From the NCBI RefSeq assembly GCF_003918875.1, contig NW_025765969.1, positions 434,001 through 498,000 of the forward strand: a DNA stretch of 64,000 nt. The letters are read 5' to 3'. The notes under the pieces were generated by a model. The model was given only the letters and a program-made list of their open reading frames with translations. It ran no database searches and was not told where the DNA came from. Within the stretch, counting starts at the first letter, position 1. Each line of letters opens with the position of its first letter. Made by a program: the position numbers and the translations under genes. Below, piece after piece: positions 1 to 13,004 of this stretch. The stretch is from Haliotis rubra (taxonomy: Eukaryota).

Positions 1-449
1 ATTCATGTAAATATGAGGTTTCATGCCTCTACTACCATGTGGCATAAGTCTACAGTAGGAAATCCAGTAATTTCAAAAGTCTTTGCAACATATATTCAAG
101 AGAAAGGATGAAATGAACATTTTACACAATGACCTCAAGATGACCTTGACATTCAACAAGAACGCAACTGATAAGGCAGGATGTATTCAGAAACATGTAA
201 GGTTTCTACCTGTAAAGGAATAAGTGCCTCAGAAACTGAAAATGTCATAAAACTAAAACATTAATTAAATCTGAAAAAATATGACTTAAAAGTACAAAAA
301 ATATGTCACAGACCTTCTGTACAAGCAACATGTGGAACTGTTTCATTGTAGAATCAGTAGGGGAAGGATGTTTAACATGTGAGCGCAGCCTCTTGAATTT
401 TGAACATATAGTCTGATTTCCTGAAGCCAGGAATATGGAGATGAGAAAC

Positions 450-667
450 TGAGTGAGTGAGTTTAGTTTTACGCCGCACTCAGCAATATTCCAGCTATAT
501 GGTGGCGGTCTGTAAATAATCGAGTCGGGACCAGACAATTCAGTGATCAACAGCATGAGCATCGTCATTGGGAAGTCAGCAAGCCTGACCACCCGATCCC
601 GTCAGTCGCCTCTTACAACAAGCATGGGTTACTGAAGATCAATATTCTAACCCGGATCTTCACGGGT
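450..667 (-). mobile_element. SINE family B
   Basis: Core TTGTAAGAGGCGACT..CGGGATCGGGTGGTCAGGC, tail shared with family A; TSD GGAGATGAGAAAC; partial opposite copy at ~760-897. Confidence 0.8.
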
Positions 668-1100
668 AGGAGATGAGAAACACTTGGTACAGATATGTTG
701 TATAGTTTCAAGGGGGAACATTTCTGTGGTAAGGGACAGGTGGAGTGATGACACACAGAAGTCATCGGTTCCAGATTGCGCAGATCGATGCACATGTTGT
801 TGATCACTGGATTGTCTGGTCCAGACTCGATTATTTACAGACCGCCGCCATATAGCTGGAATATTGCTGAGTGCTACGTAAAACTAAACTCACTCAGATA
901 GCTATTGTCGATTACTCAAGAAAATATAATAGAAAAGATAATTATTTCATATTAGATAATACGTTCTCATAAATAGATTATAATATCTTACCTCTCATAA
1001 ATGTAAGTATCAGAAGTGAAGCATCTTCTACATGGATGTAAGTACATGTATCATCTACATAGATGACCGTATCTTCTATCTACATAATAGTATCATCTAT

Positions 1101-1368
1101 AACATGTTATATTTGGGATTACACTTTCTTAGTAAAGTACATATTCTTGTACTTTTGTTTGGTTGAGTCCCATCCAGGATTCGAACCCACACATATTAGG
1201 CAGCTGACTGTGTGCTGGCGATTAGGTGCCTGACTCTGAGGGTGTGAGTTCGAATCCCGGATGGGACTCAACCCAACAAAAGTACAAGAATCTGCACTTC
1301 ACTAAGAAAGTGTAATCCCAAATATAACATATGTTACATTTGACCACATTCTAATGGCATTGTGTATT
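1101..1368 (+). mobile_element. tRNA-related repeat with inverted duplication
   Basis: B-box GTTCGAATCCC; ~95-bp inverted arms; related copy at 61228-61600. Confidence 0.6.
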
Positions 1369-1975
1369 CATAGTATCATCTATGTTGATGATTATTTGTT
1401 CATGGACTGTGGCACTAAAAATAAAAATGGGAGTCATTGTGACTCACAATATTTATTTTGGGGAGTCATTTTCAATATTTGGGAGTCATGAAAATTTTAA
1501 TATGTTCTTTGTGTTTATCATTCTGAGTATGTAACTATGTATGTCACACCACCAAATGAAACTACAGCATTGTTCAATTCAAACAGCCAGGATTACTGTC
1601 TCCTCTGAGTTCTCTGGAACAATCTGACAGCTCTGTAAAAGTATCATCGAACAATATCATTTTTTTGCATTTCAAATTGATTTTATTAAACTGAATTGTG
1701 AGGGCCACCTATAAAACTTGCATCAAGCTTGACTCGTATGATAGTATTTTGAGAGTCATTAACAAAATTGTTGCGTCAAATACACAGGAATCACACGTCA
1801 TGTAAAACCCTGCTATATCCACATAGCTTCTGTCCAATCTGAGCATTTCCTTAAACCAGGCCTTGTTACAATGCTACCCGGACAGAATACACAAGATTGT
1901 TTCACTCGTTAAATGTGCTCATTGGTTTCTCCAACATAGTAAACATGCAAGACGTGCATCAGTTCTGGCATTCAC

Positions 1976-2486
1976 TATAGTCTGCTTGCAGTGAAAACGT
2001 ACCGATGAATTTAACTATAAACAAAAAAGTAAATCAAGTTAAGTGAAATTAAGATTGTGAATCCTCATAATTTTACCTTGCCAAATGAACATTTAAATCT
2101 CAGAATTTTTTTCAACTTAGGATAAAAGTTGTTTAACAAACGATCATAGTTTCAAATCGCTATTATTGGTTTGTATTACAAGGGGGTGAGCGCAGTAGAT
2201 GGAACAGTGAAACAAAAGCACGTGCGGTACGTGATGAGCGTTAACTTAAACCAACACTACTTGTTCTCGATGTTTCATTTAAAGTGCAAACCCCCTTGTA
2301 ATACAAACCAATAATAGCGATTTGGTTAAACAACTTGTATCCTAAGTTGAATAAAATTCTGAGATTTGAATGTTCAATTGGCAAGGTAAAGTTATGAGGA
2401 TTTGCAATCTTAATTTCACTTTATTCGATTTACCTTTTTGTTTAGAGTGAATTCATCGGTATCGTTTTCACTGCAAACAGACTATA
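1976..2486. mobile_element. Foldback MITE with ~210-bp TIRs, copy 1
   Basis: TATAGTCTG(C/T)TTGCAGTGAAAACG ... CGTTTTCACTGCAAACAGACTATA with long inverted arms. Confidence 0.85.
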
Positions 2487-2962
2487 CACGCTGTGACATA
2501 ACTGGAATGACATTCCGAACCAAATTAAACCCAGTTCACAGGCACTCCTAAAACAATGTGAGCCCTGAAATATCCTCATTAAACCACAACCTTGTTGTCT
2601 TTGCCAGTGCATTACCTAACTGAATTGTTCTGTACACTGAAGGTATGAGAGCACTGATAGCTAGTCATTAAAATTACTCTCTCTCGATCCAGGTAATGTT
2701 TGATCATAATAGGGCCGACCACATGGGCATTGTATATTCAGGTGACTGATAAACATGCTTGGGTTGGGCTAGCATGTTTTGTATACTTGTCCCAGGAAAG
2801 TGTATTGAAATATTCAACTTCCAGTATCTAAACATCAGTCAAATTATTTAGCTGACAAATAATTTGCAATCAATAATCATGGATTTGTCTCAGATTCTTA
2901 TCCAAGTTCCTCATGCAGGCAAACAGAGGCAAAACTGAAAACTTTGTTCAGTAGTGAGGTGT

Positions 2963-3760
2963 CATATGTAGCTAATTAGCAATTCTTCTTGTAGCTTAGG
3001 TGTGTAACATGTAGCTAATTAGCAATTCTTTCTGTAGCTTAGGTGTGTAACATGTAGCTAATTAGCAATTCTTCCTGTACCTTAGCAGGTGTGTAATATA
3101 TAGCTAATTAGCAATTCTTCCTTGTAGCTTAGGTGTGTAACATGTAGCTAATTAGCAATTCTTTCTGTAGCTTAGGTGTGTAACATGTAGCTAATTAGCA
3201 ATTCTTCCTGTACCTTAGTAGGTGTGTAACATGTAGCTAATTAGCAATTCTTCCTGTACCTTAGCAGGTGTGTAATATGTAGCTAATTAGCAATTCTTCC
3301 TGTACCTTAGTAGGTGTGTAACATGTAGCTAATTAGCAATTCTTTCTGTAGCTTAGGTGTGTAACATGTAGCTAATTAGCAATTCTTCCTGTACCTTAGT
3401 AGGTGTGTAACATGTAGCTAATTAGCAATTCTTCCTGTACCTTAGTAGGTGTGTAACATGTAGCTAATTAGCAATTCTTCCTGTACCTTAGTAGGTGTGT
3501 AACATGTAGCTAATTAGCAATTCTTCCTGTACCTTAGTAGGTGTGTAACATGTAGCTAATTAGCAATTCTTCCTGTACCTTAGTAGGTGTGTAACATGTA
3601 GCTAATTAGCAATTCTTCCTGTACCTTAGTAGGTGTGTAACATGTAGCTAATTAGCAATTCTTCCTGTAGCTTAGTAGGTGTGTAACATGTAGCTAATTA
3701 GCAATTCTTCCTGTACCTTAGTAGGTGTGTAACATGTAGCTAATTAGCAATTCTTCCTGT
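2963..3760. repeat. 46-bp minisatellite
   Basis: Unit GTAACATGTAGCTAATTAGCAATTCTTCCTGTACCTTAGTAGGTGT, ~17 copies. Confidence 0.95.
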
Positions 3761-4455
3761 AGCCAAGTATCCGTGTTACATGTAGCTTAGTATCTACGTT
3801 ACATGTAGCCAAGTATCCATGTTACATGTAGCTTAGTATCTACGTTACATGTAGCCAAGTATCCATGTTACATGTAGCCAAGTATCCATGTTACATGTAG
3901 CCAAGTATCCATGTTACATGTTGTCAAGTATCCATGTTACATGTAGCCAAGGATCCATGTTACATGTAGCCAAGTATCCATGTTACATGTAGCCAAGTAT
4001 CCATGTTACATGTAGCCAAGTATCCATGTTACATGTAGCCAAGTATCCATGTTACATGTAGCCAAGTATCCATGTTACATGTTGCCAAGTATCCATGTTA
4101 CATGTAGCCAAGTATCCATGTTACATGTAGCCAAGTATCCATGTTACATGTAGCTTAGTATCTACGTTACATGTAGCCAAGTATCCATGTTACATGCTGC
4201 CAAGTATCCATGTTACATGTAGCCAAGTATCCATGTTACATGTAGCCAAGTATCCATGTTACATGCAGCCAAGTATCCATGTTACATATAGCCAAGCATC
4301 CATGTTACATGTAGCCAAGTATCCATGTTACATGTAGCCAAGTATCCATGTTACATGCAGCCAAGTATCCATGTTACATATAGCCAAGCATCCATGTTAC
4401 ATGTAGCCAAGTATCCATGTTACATGTAGCCAAGTATCCATGTTACATGTTGCCG
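3761..4455. repeat. 23-bp minisatellite
   Basis: Unit GTTACATGTAGCCAAGTATCCAT, ~30 copies. Confidence 0.95.
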
Positions 4456-4796
4456 ATCAGCTATGTGTACTGTTCAGTGATATACAAATCAAGGCAGTTA
4501 TAGGTGTTCTAAAAATCACTTTTATGACCATAAACAGAATAAATTACACAAAAATTGTAAAATAATCATTATGCATACATGTATGACACATCATTAGCAA
4601 CCACTGTTAATTTTGAATATCAGGGCAATGTTGCCATCACTCATTGAACTCTACAATTACAAAGTCTCCTCACAAAAACATGAAAAAACAGATACACAGA
4701 CAGACTGGCATGTGGTCCTTGAAGTCATCCAAAATACAACAACTAAAATAACAAACTAAAAACTCCTAATGCTGAAGTTTGTGGAATGTCGCCCAC

Positions 4797-5043
4797 TATA
4801 GTCTGTTTGCATTGAAAACGTACCGATGAATTTCAATTTAAACAAAAAAGTAAATCAAATAAAGTGAAATTAAGATTGCGAATCCTCATGATTTTACCTT
4901 GCCAATTAAACTTTTAAATCTCATAATTTTATTCAACTTAGGATAAAAGTTGTTTAACAAACCATCATCGTTTCAAATCGCTATTGATTTACTTTTTTGT
5001 TTGGTGAAATTAATCGGTACGTTTTCACTGCAAACAGACTATA
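4797..5043. mobile_element. Foldback MITE, copy 2 (internally deleted)
   Basis: Same termini as 1976-2486; right arm shortened. Confidence 0.8.
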
Positions 5044-6275
5044 GATGGGACCATCATCATCATCTGATTGGCTCGGATGTGGTAAAAACCAGATTCCTGC
5101 TGTCAGATAACTTACAACCTGGTTATATAAAACATCCATTTCCTCACAGAAATCTTCAGTTTCCTGTCTGTCCATTGAGACAATTCCTACCTCACAAGAG
5201 ACACTTTTCCTGTCTGACTCGTGATACACTTCCTGTTTGACTGTCAGATATTTCCTGAGTGTCTAATAACATACTTCCTGTCCTTTGAAAATGCTTTCTT
5301 TGAACAACTAAATGATTGCTCTTCTGATCAGTACTGTCAAGTAAACACTTCCTGTCTGGCTAGTAATACATTTGCCTTTGTTGTAACTACCAAATGACTA
5401 TTTCTGATCCAAACAGATCAACATGACCCTATCTGTCCAGAACAGATTTTATATGTACTCTCCAAAAAATGAAACCCGTAAGTATTTACGATATTTTCAT
5501 AATAAATCTTGTGAAAGGATCAGGAGGGCACTGCCTCAAAACATCAGCCCAGGATCGTTTTATCGAGGGGTCGGTTAAACAAGACACTCACTGTGACTCA
5601 ATCCCTGGTTTATGTGCCCTGTCTCCTGCACAAACCAGTGACATCTATGTTGAACCTGCTGGAAACCCAGCAACAAAACCTCAAGTTGATGTTATGTTGC
5701 TTAACATCATCAACTTAAGTGGCGGTAGTGATGTTGATTATATTTTCAGTGGCTTATCCAATATTGGTGTTGTGTTTGCTTCAGTAAAGAATCCTGTCTC
5801 CCGCTTCACTGATGCTTCATTTATATGTTGTTGAACACCACATTAAGCAATTTCCCAGCTAGATGACAGTGGTCAGTGACCAATTGATTCTGGACCAGAC
5901 AATCCAATGACTGACATAATGAGCACCAGACACAGTCTTGCAGGCTTCTCGGTTCGATGGGAGGGGCATGTTGTGCAGTTATTCGGCCAATAGCAGACAC
6001 ACATAATACCAGACTTTACAACATACCAATTAACCAGCATATGCAAAGACTTCTGTTTTTATCTTTTTGTGAAAGACCACACTTTCAAAGCAATCCAAAG
6101 GTAAATGACAACAGGCTGTAAATAATGTCTTCACCAGACATACAGAGTAACCTGCATGGAGACTTCTCTGTTCATCTTCAATGTGGCACTACTTTGTAAT
6201 GTTCCAGTGTCAGTAATGCCCCAGTGCTGTAGTAGTCACAGAATGATTCTCTTGTAAACCATGAATGTTTCCTTT

Positions 6276-6801
6276 TATAGTCTGTTTGCAGTGAAAACGT
6301 ACCGATGAATTTCACTTTAAACAAAAAAGTAAATCAAATAAAGTGAAATTAAGACTGCGAGTCCTCATAATTTTGCCTTGCCAACTGAACATTTAAATAT
6401 CAGAATTGTATTCATTGTAGGACAAAAGTTGTTTAACAAACGATCATACATTCAAATCGCTGTTATTTGTTTGTATTACAAGGGGGCAAGAGCAATTGTT
6501 GGAACAGTGAAACAAATGCACGTGCGGTTCGTGATAAGCGTTAACTTAGACCAACTCTACTTGTTCTCGGTGTTTCATTTAATGTGCATACACCCTTGTA
6601 ATACAAACTAACAATAGCGATTTGAAACTATGATCGTTTGTTAAACAACTTTTATCCTAAGTTGAATAAAATTCTGAGATTTAAATGTTCAGTTGGCAAG
6701 GTAAAATTATGAGGATTCGCAATCTTAATTTCATCTTATTCGATATACTTTTTTGTTTAAACTGACATTCATCGGTACGTTTTCAATGCAAACAGACTAT
6801 A
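6276..6801. mobile_element. Foldback MITE, copy 3
   Basis: Same termini and internal spacer as 1976-2486. Confidence 0.85.
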
Positions 6802-7134
6802 GTGCAGTACAATACAGCACCCTAATACCACAACATTCTAATGCCAATATCTGGACATTACTGTAAACCATTCACATCAGACCTCAGTGACTCTTTTGCA
6901 GTCCAAACAACAGGCATCTGCAAGCGATGGACAAAGATCCTTGCACGCTGACATAAAATGGAAGATTTGTTGACTTATAGCTTGCAAGTTTCTGAACTCT
7001 TTACTTTGGAGACTTGCCTGAATACTGACATCCATTACAACCAACCCAAGATTTTAGTCTATGGCACATCCATTCGATTTTCACACTGACATATCTGCTA
7101 CATATGAATGACAAGTGTTTATGGATGAACAACT

Positions 7135-7669
7135 TCTGATATACCATACACTTCTTCCTATGAAGCCACAGACCGTTCTGACTTACAGAACTTTCTACAC
7201 CGACAGCATACCTGTCAACTCTCACGCATTTGGCGTGAGTCTCACGCTTTATTGAACAATGTCACGCTCTCACGCCTCCAAATGATAATCTCACGCATAT
7301 CTGGTAGCCAAAAATAATTTCTAAATTAATACGCATTTTCGTTCGTTTTTACGTAAAGTTGAACATTGAAAGAACGCCTGAATGAAAGAAGTACTAAAAC
7401 GATGTTTATGCGAATGATTCGGCTTATTATTATTTATTAGCATGCATCTTTTAGTGTCAAAATAATGCCACCAGAAGGCTCCAAATGCTCCTGAAAATCA
7501 CTAAACTTCATTTTTGGGGGCGGGGGTCTTCGCCCCCCAGAGACCCCCCACCAGGGCATTGCCCTCAACATGACCCCGGCTGGACCCTGGCTTATTTTTT
7601 TCAGTCTCACTCCAAACCATCTTTAGGGGTTGACAGCTCTGCGACAGTCAAATGTCCCATTATCATGAA
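7135..7669 (-). pseudogene. Degenerate tandem duplicate of the second finger of exon ZF-A, split by a MITE
   Basis: 7642-7669 plus 7135-7206 align to ZF-A 7705-7801 (IHDN.TFDCRC...NGLWLHRKKCMVYQ) once the 7207-7641 insertion is removed. Confidence 0.75.
7207..7641. mobile_element. MITE (hAT-like termini) with 6-bp TSD
   Basis: TIR CATACCTGTCAAC / GTTGACAGCTCTG; CGACAG duplicated at 7201-7206 and 7642-7647. Confidence 0.75.
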
Positions 7670-8112
7670 TTAGGGCATTTCTATTTGATTTTCAGCCAGA
7701 CATATCTGGTACACCATACACTTCTTCCTATGAAGCCACAGTCCGTTCCGAGATTTGTACGACTTTCCACAGCGGCAGTCAAACGTCACATTATCGTGAA
7801 TGGTGGCGTAGTGGTTCTGCATGGCACGCATACTGAGGAAGGACTTGTCACATAGGGGACAGGCCACTTTCTCTACAGCCCCACCCACCAAGTCCGCGAA
7901 CCCTCCAGGGCCAGACAAAGGCGTCCTGCCCTGCCCTGCTCCCATATACCTCGTAACATCAACCAGGGCAGGGAAGAAGGAGGGTTGAGTGGTGGGGTCT
8001 TTCAGCAGGGCAAAGTTCAAGGCTGAACCTCTGAGAGCCAGGTGATGTTTATTGTCATTTTGTTCATACAGAGAGCTAGCTGCCGAACTGAAGCCAACTG
8101 AACTCTGTTGAC
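7670..8112 (-). CDS. Alternative terminal exon ZF-A: C2H2 + CxC-C2HC zinc-finger pair
   Basis: Acceptor CTCTTGTTAATTTCAG|GT (phase 1), open to TAA at 7670; CPLCDKSFLSMRAMQNHYATIH-DNVTFD-CRCGKSYKSRNGLWLHRKKC. Confidence 0.85.
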
Positions 8113-8282
8113 CTGAAATTAACAAGAGTTCACGGTTGAGTCCATGTTTCATATTGGCGAGACAATTAGCATTCCAAACGGGGAAACAAAAAGCCAAAAA
8201 AGGTAACAAAAAATATTAAAATAAATGGCAGCTGTTACAAAAAAATCTTTGACATGACATTTAATAATGCATTTTGAGTTTA

Positions 8283-8605
8283 GATTGAAGGCGTAGTGAT
8301 TTTTTGCCGAATATGGGTCAAATGTGTGACCTTGACCCTGACCAACACTGAGGGACCATCAAGACCAACTCAGCTGTATTGAGTTCTGATTGAAGGTGTA
8401 ATGATTTGTTTCCGAACATGGGTCAAACATATATGGCCTTGACCTTGACCCTGACCAACACTGAGGGACCATCATGACCAACTCGGCTCTATTGAGTTCT
8501 GATTGAAGGTGTAATGATTTGTTTCTGAATATGGGTCAAACATATGTGGCCTTGACCTTGACCTTGACAAACACTGATGGACCATCAACACCAACTCAGC
8601 TTCAT
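8283..8605. repeat. ~113-bp tandem repeat, ~3 copies
   Basis: GATTGAAGGTGTAATGATTTG...GGGTCAAA...CCTTGACC recurs at ~8283, 8388 and 8501. Confidence 0.8.
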
Positions 8606-9372
8606 GAACATCTGGTGTCACTGTTGTACAATATGTAAGATTTATAACAATCTATGTTATCATGATTATTTGGAATTCTGTGGCAGACATCATCAGACAA
8701 TGGAGCTGGAATAATCACAAATCTCTCACTGTCAGATCCCCAACACAGTTTTAATCATTACTCACTCACTAAAGTAGTTTCAGGACTGATCACGAAGAAA
8801 ACACTGCGGCTTTGTTCTCCAAACATTGTATCACTGGGGATGACACGTGATGGTGAAACAGTCAACCACCAGGAAAAAATTGTCAAAGAAACTGTTATGT
8901 TACGCCTGAACCTCATGAAAAATAATCCACATAAGCTTATTTCAACACAAATAAAAGGTCTGATGTACAGGCTTTCCTGGATCAACTTATTTCAACATAA
9001 GCATCATCGTGTTATCACCTGATATGTTGAACAAGATCGATATTGTTCAACTTAAGACAATCACAGCTAACGTTTTCCCAAGTCAATAACTTGAAGGTTG
9101 AAACTATGGGTGACAATAAATGTCATCTGTACTATTGTAGTACTGGGAGAGCCAAGAACCTTATTGCGATACCATTGCAATATACCACATTAACTGTAAT
9201 AAGCGCTCTAGACACTTAAAATACTGAAAAGGGGAGTAAAGGGAGTGAATAATAAAACCGCATACAAGTTATCTGTAAATCTGTTTTTGAAGATTGAGTG
9301 GTAATAAAAAACTTCATTTAAATGTTAATAAAACTAAAACCTTTCCAAAAGAGTATATTAAATATTACTTAT

Positions 9373-9613
9373 CAGGGGTGGAAATAACCCAATGCCCGAC
9401 GTCCGAGTCCAGTGTTTTTTTCTGTCGGGCAAGCAAATTTGTATATCACACTGTACCGGTGTCCAGTTGACTTTCCAATGTTAATTATGTTGCTTATTTA
9501 ACAAAATCAACAAGAAAACGGCCGGTATTGAGGAAAAATTATCAGGGCAAGTGATTTTACATGTGCCACTGTACCGGAGTACACTAGCAATTTTAAAGTT
9601 ATTTCCACCCCTG
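9373..9613. mobile_element. MITE with 5-bp TSD, copy 1
   Basis: TIR CAGGGGTGGAAATAA / TTATTTCCACCCCTG; TSD CTTAT; near-identical copy at 57307. Confidence 0.8.
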
Positions 9614-10079
9614 CTTATGTGCTGCTGTTTTCTGTAAAACATCTGTGATGTACAATAGGACAAACAGCAGTCATGTAACTTATCAGTCTTGTAGGGTATC
9701 ATTATAAAGATGGTCATACAGATTGGTCTGGAAGGTGGTCGGGGGTGCTTAATAGGGTTAATATGGTATCTCTAGGGCTGCAATGAATACACTATGGGGC
9801 AAATAGGATACAGATCATAAATATTGGGTAAATATGAGTTGCTGGTAAAGAATACACTTACAAGTCAGTAGCTTATTTATTATTCATTATATTCAGTGAA
9901 ACAAAATTCTCTGACATGTTTTGTCCTTGTCGACAGTGTTGATTTATCGTGACAATAACAGACATGAGAACGGCAAAGCACAAAAAATACTGAAAATTTA
10001 GCCGGGGGTTTAGGGCGTCTCTACTGCAGATTTACATCGATCTCAAAATACGTTCAAACTGAAACAAAAATCCTGGAGG

Positions 10080-10365
10080 TGAGGTGAGGTGAAATTGGGT
10101 TTTACGTCGTGCTTGAGAATATTTGGCACCTTATGACGGCGTAAATATTCCAAAATGTGTATGTAATCATTATATACTAGCCCAGACTTATGGTTTTATA
10201 GTGCTAGCCCACTGAGATACCATGCCGCAGTGAAGCATGAATACCCCACTCAGACACAGTATACTGACTCCGAGCCAACCAGTCCTTGTTGTGCCCATTA
10301 ATGCCGAGCGCCAGGCAGGGACCAACAAGTACCATATTTTAACGTCTTTTGGTTTGATGCGGTCA
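10080..10365 (-). mobile_element. SINE remnant with a Meta-like central domain
   Basis: CTGACTCCGAGCCAACCAGTC...CAAGTACCATATTTT...TTTGGTTTGA motif recalled from molluscan MetaSINEs (not verified by search); (GAGGT)n tail. Confidence 0.45.
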
Positions 10366-10730
10366 AAAATCCTGGAAATCCAAGGATCTGCGGAAAGTTC
10401 TCATGTCTGCAATAACCAGTGACAACATAACTGTCAAATAGATATAAGAATGTTGCCTGTTATCTGCATGGCTTCGATATATTCCATGTTACATATCTTG
10501 CTTTGATAAACAACACCAAATTTCTAGTAAAAATACTCTAAATTCACAGGTATTTGAATTAAGTGACTGCGAATATTGACTTGAATTCATGAAGGATACA
10601 GTTCGAGTAAACGAATATGTGAGTGGATCATAACAGCCCTAGTAGATACAGCTACGACTAGTGTACCGCAACAATGTCTCTCCTTCCTACAATATTTACT
10701 AGGTAGATTCCCCTTCTTCATTTCTCATGA

Positions 10731-10894
10731 GGGGCAGTGGGCTAGCCTAGTGGTTAAAGTGTTCGCTCGTCACACAGAAGACCCGAGTTCGATTCCCCAC
10801 ATGGGTACAATGTGTGAAGACCATTTCTGGTGTCCCCCGCTGTGATATTGTTGGAATATTGCTGATAGCGATGTAAAACTAAACTCACTCACTC
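10731..10894 (+). mobile_element. tRNA-headed SINE family A
   Basis: A-box TAGCCTAGTGG, B-box GTTCGATTCC, tail GGAATATTGCT..GTAAAACTAAACTCACTCA; TSD CATTTC(T/C)CATGA. Confidence 0.85.
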
Positions 10895-11748
10895 ATTTCC
10901 CATGAAGACAAAGTTATGTATCCACTGAGATTCAGCAGACTGCTTAGGGAGGTATATGCAACAGCTGGTGACATATTTCCCTTACTTATACTTGCAAGCA
11001 GCTGGTGACATATACTTGCAAGTTTGGCTTCTGACATCATCAAATACAAAAGTAGAGTAATGAAAGAGAAAACAGTTTTTTAATCACTAAATGAAAATCT
11101 AAGCAGAAGCAAGCGAATTATCCGAGACGACTTTACCATATTTTGGTAGTAATTATCTTAAGTCATAACTAAGTCCTGTTGAAATGTTACAAAAATGCTT
11201 CCTGAAAACCCCTGATAAAACAAGGAGCATAAAAGTAAATGATTAACATTATTTTTAATCTTATTACGTGTATACAAGAAAACATTAGCTGTTGATGTGT
11301 TAACTAGTATCAGGCTATGGACACTGGACATACATCATACCTCTAACAACGTGGCTGACTCCAACATGCACTGGACTCTGAATAACATGTCTTCCTGATT
11401 TCAGGAGCCAGTATTAGAAACAGACCATGAAAGGGAAGAGGTCCTTGTTGTAACCCTATTCTTGAATGATAGAGATTGAAGTGATAACTAAATTGAAATT
11501 AAACTAAAGATGATGCCAAGGGCCACATAATACTGTAGGTTAATTGACAAACATTAACATCAGCATTCACAAAAATCTTTGTTCTCTTTTTCAACAGAAA
11601 AACCTTCATATTCTATAAATGTATAATGATATTCTATTTTGCTGAACAGAACATAAAATGGCTTTGTTCCAAACAGGGGTCAAGTTTGTAGAATAAGACA
11701 GGTTCGTATAACCTTACATGGTACAAAGGAGAGTTGTATTTTAGTAGT

Positions 11749-12765
11749 AGTCAACAACTGTCCTTCTTCCACAGAGGACACCGAAGTCTGTGATACTTCA
11801 AGCCAGATGGGTACATGTACCCCTTGCCACACAGAGAGTAGATCACGTTATCAGGCCACCGTTAACAGTCAACAACTATCCTTCTTCCACAGAGGACACC
11901 GAAGTCTATGATACTTCAAGCCAGATGGGTACATGTACCCCTTGCCACACAGAGAGTGGATCACATTATCAGGCCACCGTTAGCAGTCAACAATTATCCT
12001 TCTTCCACAGAGGACACCGAAGTCTGTGATACTTCAAGTCAGATGGGTACATGTACACCTTGCCACACAGAGAGAAGATCACGTTATCAGGCCACCGTTA
12101 TCAGGCCACCGTTAACAGTCAACAACTATCCTTCTTCCACAGAGGACACTGAAGTCTGTGATACTTCAAGTCAGATGGGTACATGAACACCTTGCCACAC
12201 AGAGAGTGGATCACATTATCAGGCCACCGTTAGCAGTCAACAATTATCCTTCTTCCACAGAGGACACTGAAGTCTGTGATACTTCAAGCCAGATGGGTAC
12301 ATGTACCCCTTGCCACACAGAGAGTAGATCACGTTATCAGGCCACCGTTAACAGTCAACAACTATCCTTCTTCCACAGAGGACACCGAAGTCTGTGATAC
12401 TTCAAGCCAGATGGGTACATGTACCCCTTGCCACACAGAGAGTAGATCACGTTATCAGGCCACCGTTAACAGTCAACAACTATCCTTCTTCCACAGAGGA
12501 CACCGAAGTCTATGATACTTCAAGCCAGATGGGTACTAGATCACGTTATCAGGCCACCGTTAACAGTCAACAACTATCCTTCTTCCACAGAGGACACCGA
12601 AGTCTATGATACTTCAAGCCAGATGGGTACATGTACCCCTTGCCACACAGAGAGTAGATCACGTAATCAGGCCACCGTTAACAGTCAACAACTGTCCTTC
12701 TTCCACAGAGGACACCGAAGTCTGTGATACTTCAAGCCAGATGGGTACATGTACACCTTGCCACA
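11749..12765. repeat. 118-bp tandem repeat derived from the 3' end of exon ZF-B
   Basis: ~8.5 copies; the last unit is the coding CGKVYMYPSGLKYHRLRCPLWKKDSC-stop. Confidence 0.92.
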
Positions 12766-13004
12766 AACACAGGAGTAAGTCACTTTATCATGGACAGCAG
12801 TCTTGTGATACAAAAATGCCCGTCTGCTGAAGAACATTTTCCCACATTGTGGACACGTGACATCTTTGGATCCCTGTGAAGGGTCCATGTACTGGTCCTG
12901 CTGAAACTGACCATACATGAAGCTGGATTCATCACGATCAGGATCACAAGGTCCAGACAAAGTTTCTGCGTGAGACTGACTGAACCTGAGTGACCTTCCG
13001 GCAT
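12685..13004 (-). CDS. Alternative terminal exon ZF-B: zinc-finger pair
   Basis: Acceptor TTTTTGTTATTTTCAG|AT (phase 1); CPQCGKMFFSRRAFLYHKTAVH-DKVTYS-CVCGKVYMYPSGLKYHRLRC. Confidence 0.85.

Noticed and set aside
245-807. Short ORFs here and similar ones at 27687, 33683, 45543 and 49480
   Set aside because: Translations of SINE family B sequence
5469-5834. 121-aa plus-strand ORF
   Set aside because: No recognisable motif, and it ends in a decayed SINE; an acceptor-like site on the minus strand hits a stop within three codons
10731-10810. tRNA gene
   Set aside because: A/B boxes are followed by a SINE body, tail and TSD, with >20 diverged copies; this is a SINE head
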